DNA of 49,625 bases from an uncultured Clostridia bacterium (GTDB lineage Bacteria > Bacillota > Clostridia > TANB77 > CAG-465), in contig CALXJG010000005.1 of NCBI GenBank assembly GCA_944388565.1, forward strand, positions 1 through 49,625, written 5' to 3'. The translations under genes were made by a program, and so were the position numbers. The notes under the pieces are model-generated. The model was not told the origin of the DNA, searched no databases, and saw only the letters and a list, made by a program, of their open reading frames with translations. Positions 8,085 through 16,084 of this stretch are shown in pieces; within the stretch, counting starts at the first letter, position 1; every line of letters begins with the position of its first letter.

Positions 8085-10763
8085 CTATTTTTTTGCCTCT
8101 TTATTAAACACTTTTGCAAGTATGATTTTCACAAATTCAAACAGTATAGCTGTAAATATAGCAATACATATAACGGCTATATGTACACCAAGTGGCATTT
8201 GTGGTACTCTTAACCAACTAGATAATACTGGTATAGTTACAATGGCAACCTGTAATAGTATTGCTCCAAGCATACAAAGTAACATTAGTTTGTTTGTTAA
8301 AAGTCCAATTTTAAATACAGATTTTCTATCTGATCTACAAATAAATGCAAATAATAATTCAATTATAGATAAAGTTACAAATACAGCTCCACTAGCTATT
8401 GTAGCATCGTACATATTTTCTAAAACGAAATATAATACAAATATAATTATAGCTTTTAATACACCTGGTACTATTATTCTTGCCATAAGAAATGGAGTAA
8501 ATAAACTCTCTTTCGAATTCCTTGGCTTTTGCTTCATTATATTTCTTTCTTCTCTTTCAAATCCAAGTGCTATTGCTGGTATTGTATCAGTTACAAGATT
8601 AATCCATAGTATTTGAATTGGAAGTAATAAAACTTTATTGAACAATGTAGCTATAAATATTATCAATACTTCGGCTAAATTAGAAGCAAGTAAATACGCA
8701 ATAACATTTTGTATATTATTATATATTCTTCTTCCTTCTTTTACAGCAACAACTATTGTAGCAAAGTTATCATCTGCAAGTACCATACTAGATACACTTT
8801 TTGATACCTCAGTTCCAGTAATACCCATACCGATACCAATGTCTGCACCTTTTAAGGCTGGAGCATCATTTACTCCATCACCAGTCATTGCAACAATTTT
8901 TCCACGCTTTTTCCAAGCCTTTACAATCCTTATTTTATTCTCTGGTGATACTCTTGCGTAAACCCTTATATCTTCTACTTGATTATATAATTCTTCATCA
9001 CTCAACTTATCAAGTTCAAGTCCAGTAATTGCCTTGTTTCCCTCTTTTAATATTCCCAATTCTTTAGCAATAGCCATTGCTGTATCTATATTATCTCCTG
9101 TAATCATTACAGGTATCATTCCAGCATTAAAGCATTTTTCAACTGCTCTTTTAGCTTCTTTCCTTGGTGGATCTATCATTCCAACAAGACCTACAAACAC
9201 TAAATCTTCTTCAGATTTATCTATTACATCTTTCTTTTCTGTAATTCTATATGCACAAGCAAGTACTCTAAGTGCATCTTTGGCCATACTAAGATTTTCA
9301 GCTAATATTTTCTCTTTTAACTCATTGGTAAATTCTTCTACTTTTCCATTTAATAAAATTTTGTTAGACTTATCCAAAATTGATTCAACAGCACCTTTTG
9401 TAAGGATTACATACTTATCTTCAAACTCATTTACAGTCGTCATCATTTTTCTTGTTGAGTCAAAAGGTAATTCATCCATTCTTGGATGTTGCTTTTCCAT
9501 TTCTTCTTTATCAAATCCAACCTTTTTACCAAAATCAACTAAACAAGTTTCTGTAGGATCTCCAAGTAAAACTTTAGCTCCTTTATCTTCACCAAATGTA
9601 GTATCATTACAAAGTATAGATATGTTGGCAAGCATATTAAAATCTTCTTTTACTATTCCATTTTCGTTTGTTATTTCATCAATGTTATTAACATTTTCCA
9701 CGTCAACTAAGTTCATATCGACATATATTTTTCTTAATGTCATTTTGTTTTGAGTTAATGTTCCTGTTTTATCAGAACAAATTACTTCTGTTGAACCAAG
9801 AGCTTCAACTGCTGATAATTTTCTTACTATAGCTTTCTCTTTTGCCATTTTTTGTACACCCATTGCAAGGGTAATAGTAATAACAGCTGAAAGCCCTTCA
9901 GGTATTGCAGCAACCGCAAGAGATATAGCAAGCATAAATACTTCTAATATTGGATTTCCTTCTAGCATTCCTATAAAGAACATTAAAACTGCAATCACAA
10001 TAACAATAACAGTTAAAACTTTACTTAATTCATTTATTTTCTTTTGAAGTGGTGTTATCTCAACTTTTTGATTTGATATAGCTTCAGCAATTTTTCCAAG
10101 TTCTGTATCCATTCCCGTTGATACTACTATTGCTTCTGCTCTACCATAAACAACACTACTACCAGAATATAACATGTTGGTTCTATCGCCCAGTGATATT
10201 TCCTTATCACCAGGTATAACAGCATCTTGTTTATCTACAGGAACCGACTCACCTGTAAGAGCAGCTTCTTCAACTCTTAAACTATGGTTATGTAAAATTC
10301 TCATATCAGCTGGAATTGAATCTCCAGCTTCTACAAGTACTATATCACCTACAACTATTTCTTCTGTTTTTATGCTCTGTACTTTTCCATCTCTTTTTAC
10401 TTTTATATATGGTAAAGACATATCTTTTAAAGCTTCTATTGCTTTTTCAGCTTTGCTTTCTTGAATTACTCCTAAAATTGCATTTAAAACAACAACAAAT
10501 AATATTACTATTGTATCTGTAAATGATTCTCCTGTTTTTACAGAAACTAAAGCTGATAAAATTGCAGATATTATAAGTATTATAAGCATTAAATCCTTAA
10601 ATTGGCTTATAAACTTTGAGATTATACCTTTCTTTTTAGTTTCCTTTAATTTATTTGGCCCATTTTTCAAAAGTCTATTTTTTGCTTCGTCTGCATTCAA
10701 ACCATTTTCAGTAGTATTTAATGACTCTAATATTTCTTTTGTTTCAATATTATAATATTTCAT
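8085..10763 (-). CDS. P-type cation-transporting ATPase, Ca2+-ATPase-like (P2 type)
   Basis: 'TGES', 'CSDKTGTLT' phosphorylation site, 'MITGDN', 'TGDGVNDAPALK'. N-terminal 'GLNADEAKNRLLKNGPNKL' cation-ATPase-N motif. 892 aa. Confidence 0.93.
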   Translation of the reverse strand: MKYYNIETKEILESLNTTENGLNADEAKNRLLKNGPNKLKETKKKGIISKFISQFKDLMLIILIISAILSALVSVKTGESFTDTIVILFVVVLNAILGVIQESKAEKAIEALKDMSLPYIKVKRDGKVQSIKTEEIVVGDIVLVEAGDSIPADMRILHNHSLRVEEAALTGESVPVDKQDAVIPGDKEISLGDRTNMLYSGSSVVYGRAEAIVVSTGMDTELGKIAEAISNQKVEITPLQKKINELSKVLTVIVIVIAVLMFFIGMLEGNPILEVFMLAISLAVAAIPEGLSAVITITLAMGVQKMAKEKAIVRKLSAVEALGSTEVICSDKTGTLTQNKMTLRKIYVDMNLVDVENVNNIDEITNENGIVKEDFNMLANISILCNDTTFGEDKGAKVLLGDPTETCLVDFGKKVGFDKEEMEKQHPRMDELPFDSTRKMMTTVNEFEDKYVILTKGAVESILDKSNKILLNGKVEEFTNELKEKILAENLSMAKDALRVLACAYRITEKKDVIDKSEEDLVFVGLVGMIDPPRKEAKRAVEKCFNAGMIPVMITGDNIDTAMAIAKELGILKEGNKAITGLELDKLSDEELYNQVEDIRVYARVSPENKIRIVKAWKKRGKIVAMTGDGVNDAPALKGADIGIGMGITGTEVSKSVSSMVLADDNFATIVVAVKEGRRIYNNIQNVIAYLLASNLAEVLIIFIATLFNKVLLLPIQILWINLVTDTIPAIALGFEREERNIMKQKPRNSKESLFTPFLMARIIVPGVLKAIIIFVLYFVLENMYDATIASGAVFVTLSIIELLFAFICRSDRKSVFKIGLLTNKLMLLCMLGAILLQVAIVTIPVLSSWLRVPQMPLGVHIAVICIAIFTAILFEFVKIILAKVFNKEAKK

Positions 10764-10781
10764 AATAATATTCCCCCATAA

Positions 10782-12020
10782 CTACTTAACTTTAGATATA
10801 TCAGTATTTTTTTTCCTTTTAAATATACATGTTGTTACAATTCCTATTGCAAACATTACTAATAATATTGTTATATAAATTCCAACAGTAGGAAGTTTTG
10901 CTAATATAAATAATAACATAAATATAACAAATGCAGATAATATCTTAGTACCATTTCCCATTGCTTTAAATCTTGTATCCGCCATATATTTAACTAGAAA
11001 ACTACCTATTATGAATGTTGAAAGTAATCCGACAACTAATAAATAAGATATGTATAATATAAGAGCTGGGATTGCAATTTGGCCTAGACCAAAAGCAGCT
11101 AGCATTATTAATATAAATACTAATGGTAAGACCATCATAAGTGATAATCCACCTGATATAACAAAAAATAATAGATTATCTCTAGTTTTTGTAATCATTT
11201 TTGAGAATACTTTGCCTTTTGTGAATTTCTCAATTAATAAATATAATAAAGTGAATGCTAAACTTGTAATTACACCAGATAATATAGTACTAGCATCTAA
11301 AAGTCCAGATTTTTCTTCATAAACTTTTATTTGTGCATTAGGATATTTTTCTTTTATATTTAATTCTTTATTGTATGTCATAAAGAATATATCACCGTTT
11401 ATGCTATTTCCATCTAATAATTCTATATTATTTAACTGCATTCTTAAATCTTTACCAATATTTCCACTTATAATTAATTTCTGTGCTGTACCAACTAAAT
11501 TTCCTTCTACATTTCCTTTTACTTCAATTTCATTACTATAACATATAATGTCACCTGAAATATTAGCATTCTCACCAATTGTTACTTTTGATCCAGCAAA
11601 TACAACTAAGTCTTTAGTTATATTTCCATCTATAATTACATTTGTCTGTGAAAATACAACGGCATATTCCATACTAGAATCTATTCTAACAGTATCTGCA
11701 GCAAGTAAAATTTGAATTCCAGTAGTTGGTGCAGTAACATCAATAGTTTTTTCCGAAATAGTTGTACCTATTCCAGATAGTTCTTTATCTACTATTACTC
11801 TTTCTTGAATATAACGTATGAAAGGTCCTTTAGGAGATCTCTTTTCACTAAATTTATATGCTTCAGTCTGTGCATCTATATCAAATATACTATTTATAGA
11901 GGTATTTTCTTGTGTATTTTGATCTTCTGCAGCAAATACATTACTTTTAAATATTGTAAATGAAAAAACTAGTACAAAAGCTAAAATTAAAAATCCAATT
12001 GTAATTTTACTTTTTTTCAT
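10782..12020 (-). CDS. secreted beta-helix (bactofilin-like repeat) domain fused to a C-terminal polytopic membrane domain
   Basis: ATG at 12020 (MKKSKITIGFLILAF...) preceded by GGAGGA. The TTG at 12035 used by the track sits inside that RBS. Signal peptide ends 'NVFA-AED'. Repeats 'DGNITKDLVVFAGSKVTIGENANISGDIICYSNEIEVKGNVEGNLVGTAQKLIISGNIGKDL', then ~5 TM helices. Confidence 0.6.
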   Translation of the reverse strand: MKKSKITIGFLILAFVLVFSFTIFKSNVFAAEDQNTQENTSINSIFDIDAQTEAYKFSEKRSPKGPFIRYIQERVIVDKELSGIGTTISEKTIDVTAPTTGIQILLAADTVRIDSSMEYAVVFSQTNVIIDGNITKDLVVFAGSKVTIGENANISGDIICYSNEIEVKGNVEGNLVGTAQKLIISGNIGKDLRMQLNNIELLDGNSINGDIFFMTYNKELNIKEKYPNAQIKVYEEKSGLLDASTILSGVITSLAFTLLYLLIEKFTKGKVFSKMITKTRDNLLFFVISGGLSLMMVLPLVFILIMLAAFGLGQIAIPALILYISYLLVVGLLSTFIIGSFLVKYMADTRFKAMGNGTKILSAFVIFMLLFILAKLPTVGIYITILLVMFAIGIVTTCIFKRKKNTDISKVK

Positions 12021-12132
12021 AATAAATTCCTCCAATTTTCATAGTATAATCATTTTATATCAAAACACCTAAAAAATCAAGTAAAAAGAAATTTATATAA
12101 TTAGGCTACTTATATTTTCACAAAAACATCAC

Positions 12133-12160
12133 AATAAAAGATACTGCTTTTGCAGTACCT
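12133..12160 (-). terminator. rho-independent terminator after gpr
   Basis: Minus-strand GGUACUGC aaaa GCAGUAUC stem (one G-U), followed by UUUUAUUGUG. Starts right after the gpr stop codon. Confidence 0.6.
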
Positions 12161-12161
12161 T

Positions 12162-13121
12162 TTACACAGCTAAATTAATTCCACTCGATATTATATCTGC
12201 AACACTTTCAATTAAATTATCTACTTCCTTTGGAGTTACTATATAATTTTGTGTATTTAATACATTTGCAATCATATCATATCTAGTATCTTGCTCTAAT
12301 GTATCAAATACTTTGATTACTTCTTTTTTATCACCTTTATCACTTAACTCAAACATTTCATTTTTGGCGTTATCAAGCATCTTATCAATTGCCTCATTTG
12401 TTATTGTAGCCATATCTACCACAGTTGGAACACCTACAGCTATTACAGGTACTCCTAAATTTTCTTCATTTATTTCATCTCTTTTGTTTCTTACACCTTC
12501 ACCAGGAGTTATACCTGTATTACTAAATTGTATAGTATTTCCTATTCTATGTATACTTCCTGATGCCAAACTATCTATTGCTAAAATTATATCTGGTTTT
12601 GTTTTTTCTACTATTGAATTTATTATTTCTGATGTCTCTATTCCTGTAGTTCCAAGTACACCTGGTGATATTGCACTTACAGACCTTGTATTTGGTTCCA
12701 CAAGCTCTTTTGCAAATTTTATTAAATGTCTTGTAACATCAATATCTTTTACAACTTTAGGCCCAAGTGCATCTGGAGTTACAGATATATTTCCAAGACC
12801 AACAACCAGTATAGATTTTTTCTTGTCATCCCCTATTAACTCTTTTATAACTAATGAAACCTGTTTTTTTACATCCTCTTTTTCTTTTTCACCTAAGTAA
12901 TTCATATCGGATATCTCCATTGTTACATATTTACCCATCTTTTTGGATACTGCTTTTTCTCCATTTTCATTTAACACCTCTACAATTGTAGTAATTATTC
13001 CATTTTTATTATCAGATGTAACTTTGATACCGTCTACTTCACTTAAATTATGTACTCTTTTATATGTATCTACACGTTCATCTGCCATGTCTGTTCTAAA
13101 ACTTAAATATTTTTTGTTCAT
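12162..13121 (-). CDS. gpr: germination protease (spore endopeptidase)
   Basis: 'RTDMADE' N-terminal motif, 'VVGLGNISVTPDALGPKV', 'AIDSLAS'. ~320 aa, as expected for GPR. Confidence 0.88.
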   Translation of the reverse strand: MNKKYLSFRTDMADERVDTYKRVHNLSEVDGIKVTSDNKNGIITTIVEVLNENGEKAVSKKMGKYVTMEISDMNYLGEKEKEDVKKQVSLVIKELIGDDKKKSILVVGLGNISVTPDALGPKVVKDIDVTRHLIKFAKELVEPNTRSVSAISPGVLGTTGIETSEIINSIVEKTKPDIILAIDSLASGSIHRIGNTIQFSNTGITPGEGVRNKRDEINEENLGVPVIAVGVPTVVDMATITNEAIDKMLDNAKNEMFELSDKGDKKEVIKVFDTLEQDTRYDMIANVLNTQNYIVTPKEVDNLIESVADIISSGINLAV

Positions 13122-13143
13122 AAATAAAGCACCTCTTTATTTA

Positions 13144-13172
13144 TATTATGAAATATTTTCCATTTTTTATAC
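13144..13172 (-). promoter_or_regulatory. forespore-type (sigmaG/sigmaF-like) promoter for gpr
   Basis: Minus strand GTATA-17 nt-CATAATA fits the sigmaG consensus GHATR-N17/18-CATXHTA. Lies ~25 nt upstream of the gpr ATG and its AAGAGGTG RBS. Confidence 0.5.
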
Positions 13173-13181
13173 TTGCCAAAA

Positions 13182-14738
13182 TTAAAAACCTGTCTTTGGT
13201 AATTCTTTTTCCATACTTTTATTATATAGTACAAATTCTTTGACTTCATTATGCTCTGATATATTAATTTCATGTATTTTATTATCTAATATATAATAAT
13301 CATTTGTTTTTACTTCTTTTATATAGTATTTTCCAACTTCAAGTCTGCTTGTTTTTGCGTGACCATTTTCATCACTTACTATTTTTTCTATTAATTCCAT
13401 ATTTTCATTATATATTTCAAATTCACAACCTTTAAGAGGTGAATCTTTTTTTACATTAGTGTATGGATTATAATCAAGAGATTTTTTTATTATATCAATA
13501 GTTCCAGTAGCTTTTTCATTTTCTATAATCACTTCATTTATATCATCATACTTTAGTACCAACTCTACTTTGTTATTATTTTTATCAATATAATAATTAT
13601 CTGGTGCACTTATCTCTTCTATAATAATTTTATCTCCCTGTTTTAAATCTAGTTCCTTTAAAAAATCAAATGAAATAATTCCATCATTATTAGTAACATA
13701 TTCACCTAAAAACTTCATTTCATCATTATATATTTTAAATTTTACACCAGATATTGGCTTACTTTTATCATCTTTATCTACTTTTTTTATAACAAAACTA
13801 TTTTTTACATATTTTATATTAGTATTATTACTAATACTCCTTACTTCTCTATTATTCTTGGTTAAAACTAAATTTTGCATTCCAGGCATATCAGCAACTC
13901 CAAACATAAGGCTTGCATTTCTTGATTCATAATTAATTGTTATATTAACATTTGCATCCTCTTTTATATCTTCTCTTGGAACTAATATATTAAAATCTTT
14001 ATAACCATATATACTATCTGGATATATTTGCATATTTGTATTATTATCTAATATAGAATAATTTTTTAATCCACTTACATTTAAAGTATAACCATATATA
14101 TTTTCATCATTATAATCAAGTTTTACTCTAATACTATAAATACTTGAATTATCCTTACAAACTTCAGGGTCATAAACTTTCATATTTATTAACCCGTTTG
14201 TATTACTTTTATATTCTATACCATTATGATATATATTTTTTATAGCAGATACAACGCATTCATATTCTGGTCTTGTAGCCACAATTTTATTTAAATCTAG
14301 TTTAGATAAATATGCCCAAATAGCAAATTGTGTACTATATGAAGCTTGATAATCAGTTGGTAAACCTAGTTCGTATGGTGTTTTGTATGGATATCCATTT
14401 AATAATATGCTTGTTACAGTTTCATCTTCTAAAGCTTCACTTACATTCACATAATATTCATCAAAAGTTTCTGGACCATCTACTCCAAGATTTAAACAAT
14501 AGGCCGGTATTGTTTCATTATTTTCATTTAGATAATAATAAACATAATTTATTTGCACTCTATCATTGTATTTTATATAATGCTCTGTATCTTCTGTGCA
14601 ATATATTCTATATTTTCCTAAATTATTATCATCAATATTAACTGCAAAAACTGAAAAACTATTTACAAAAGTTACTAACATAAATGTTAGCAAAAAAATT
14701 TTTTTAATTTTTAAATTTATTTTTTCTATAATTTTCAC
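13182..14738 (-). CDS. surface adhesin: signal peptide, thioester (TQXA/TED) domain, two Cna-B/SpaA-type domains, LPKTG motif with no membrane-anchor tail
   Basis: Cys81 motif 'PAYCLNLG', 'LNGYPY', Gln137 motif 'STQFAIW'. Cna-B-like 'VIKKVDKDDKSKPISGVKFKIYND...TNNDGIISF' and 'GTIDIIKK...LKGCEFEIYNE...DENGHAKTSRLEVGKYYIKE'. Ends 'ELPKTGF*'. The start is uncertain: GTG at 14738 abuts AAGGGA with no spacer. Confidence 0.8.
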   Translation of the reverse strand: MKIIEKINLKIKKIFLLTFMLVTFVNSFSVFAVNIDDNNLGKYRIYCTEDTEHYIKYNDRVQINYVYYYLNENNETIPAYCLNLGVDGPETFDEYYVNVSEALEDETVTSILLNGYPYKTPYELGLPTDYQASYSTQFAIWAYLSKLDLNKIVATRPEYECVVSAIKNIYHNGIEYKSNTNGLINMKVYDPEVCKDNSSIYSIRVKLDYNDENIYGYTLNVSGLKNYSILDNNTNMQIYPDSIYGYKDFNILVPREDIKEDANVNITINYESRNASLMFGVADMPGMQNLVLTKNNREVRSISNNTNIKYVKNSFVIKKVDKDDKSKPISGVKFKIYNDEMKFLGEYVTNNDGIISFDFLKELDLKQGDKIIIEEISAPDNYYIDKNNNKVELVLKYDDINEVIIENEKATGTIDIIKKSLDYNPYTNVKKDSPLKGCEFEIYNENMELIEKIVSDENGHAKTSRLEVGKYYIKEVKTNDYYILDNKIHEINISEHNEVKEFVLYNKSMEKELPKTGF

Positions 14739-14744
14739 TCCCTT

Positions 14745-15326
14745 TTATTTTTTAACTCCTCTTATACAAAGCCTTTTATTTGGTTTGTTATCAATACAAG
14801 TTATACATGTAATATAATCTTCTTTTTCGTTTTGTAAGTATGTCCAATCATTACTTAAAACCTCAGTTTTAAACATAACTGTATATGTGGTAAATTTAGC
14901 TTTTGTTTTTAATATAATTTCATCTCCAGTACTAAGTTTCCATAGATTTCTAAAATAACTAACAGTTTTGCTTCGATTATGTGCTGCAAGGCAAACATTT
15001 CCACCATCTATATTACTGTTTTCAAAAAGACCAATAGCTTTTGAAAGTACATTTTTATTTGTACCATATTCTATTGGTACATTAAATAAAGATATTTTAG
15101 GAATACTAAGATATGCAATTATATTATCATTTGATGAAAAATTACTTGAATAAAAATTGGCTAGATTTAAATTGTTATTTAGATTTAAATTTAAATTTGA
15201 TTTATTAGAAGTTACTAAACTAATAGTACTAAAAGAATTAAAACTATTTATATAGCAAAGAAATAGAGTTATAACAATAACAAAACTAAAGATAAAAAAT
15301 AAAATAAGTTTTAAATGTTTTTTCAA
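14745..15326 (-). CDS. sortase-family transpeptidase
   Basis: N-terminal TM. His motif 'VCLAAHNRS', Cys motif 'YITCITC' (TLxTC-like), downstream Arg 'RLCIRGV'. TTG start at 15326 with AAGGTGA 6 nt upstream. Confidence 0.8.
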   Translation of the reverse strand: MKKHLKLILFFIFSFVIVITLFLCYINSFNSFSTISLVTSNKSNLNLNLNNNLNLANFYSSNFSSNDNIIAYLSIPKISLFNVPIEYGTNKNVLSKAIGLFENSNIDGGNVCLAAHNRSKTVSYFRNLWKLSTGDEIILKTKAKFTTYTVMFKTEVLSNDWTYLQNEKEDYITCITCIDNKPNKRLCIRGVKK

Positions 15327-15494
15327 TAATAATCACCTTATATATTGTAACTACTACAAAATAATCCTTGCCATTATTTTTTATAAATTTACTATATCTT
15401 AAAAAATTGGGGAATATTATATTGAATATAGGGTTCATGAAAAAAAGTATATGATTAAATTTTACAAGAATTAAATTGTAGTAACTACACTTTG

Positions 15495-15523
15495 ATTATA
15501 TACACGCAGTTTGCAAATGTCAA
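15495..15523 (-). promoter_or_regulatory. consensus sigma-A promoter TTGACA-17 nt-TATAAT for the sortase-adhesin operon
   Basis: Minus strand TTGACA TTTGCAAACTGCGTGTA TATAAT. Both hexamers are perfect and the spacer is 17 nt. Confidence 0.7.
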
Positions 15524-15532
15524 GAAAAATCG

Positions 15533-15584
15533 TTCGACAAAAAATGACGTATCGCCTTAAGATACGCCTTTATTTTTTGTCGAA
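15533..15584 (-). terminator. long hairpin/terminator after the Imm33-like gene
   Basis: 13-bp outer stem TTCGACAAAAAAT/ATTTTTTGTCGAA plus an inner CGTATC/GATACG stem. Followed on the minus strand by CGAUUUUUC, which abuts the -35 of the sortase promoter. Confidence 0.6.
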
Positions 15585-15660
15585 AAAAATCTATGGCTTT
15601 TTAAGATATATAATTTCTACTTTATTATAATCGTTTTATTTTTATTAATGTTATATTATA

Positions 15661-16050
15661 TTACCTTTCTTGTTTAGCTATAAATATTGGTTTAGTTCCA
15701 TCATAAATTTCAAATCTTTTATTATCTACTCTTATATACATACTACCTATCTTAGAGTGTATATAAGGTATAATATCCTTATCATAATTGCAAACTGTGT
15801 TTATGTCTAAAATATGATTTTTATTAGGATTTCCAATATATTCTTCATCTTCATCTCCTGCCATAAATATCCATCCACTATCTGGACAATTTGCAATAGG
15901 TTTTCCTCTATACATATATCCAACCTTAAATCCTTCTTTAGTTATTTTATCAGAACATATACATCCTACACCACTTTCTTCATTCCAATCGATTAACCTT
16001 TCAATTTTTATATCAATAAAGCCATCTTTATTCTTTTTATATCCTCCCAT
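15661..16050 (-). CDS. small cytoplasmic protein resembling the Imm33 (formerly DUF2185) immunity-protein family
   Basis: 129 aa with 'CSDKITKEGFKVGYMYRGKP...DSGWIFMAGDEDEEYIGNP...VCNYDKDIIPYI'. The family call is from memory of its DSGW/GDE signature. ATG preceded by AGGAG. Confidence 0.45.
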   Translation of the reverse strand: MGGYKKNKDGFIDIKIERLIDWNEESGVGCICSDKITKEGFKVGYMYRGKPIANCPDSGWIFMAGDEDEEYIGNPNKNHILDINTVCNYDKDIIPYIHSKIGSMYIRVDNKRFEIYDGTKPIFIAKQER

Positions 16051-16084
16051 AATTTAACACTCCTATCCTCATAATTTTATTTTA

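Noticed and set aside
15286-15438. 50-codon minus-strand ORF (MNPIFNIIFPNF...) in the sortase leader, overlapping the sortase start
   Set aside because: It has no SD upstream of its ATG, a low-complexity product, and overlaps the sortase RBS and start out of frame. It is more likely a non-coding leader.
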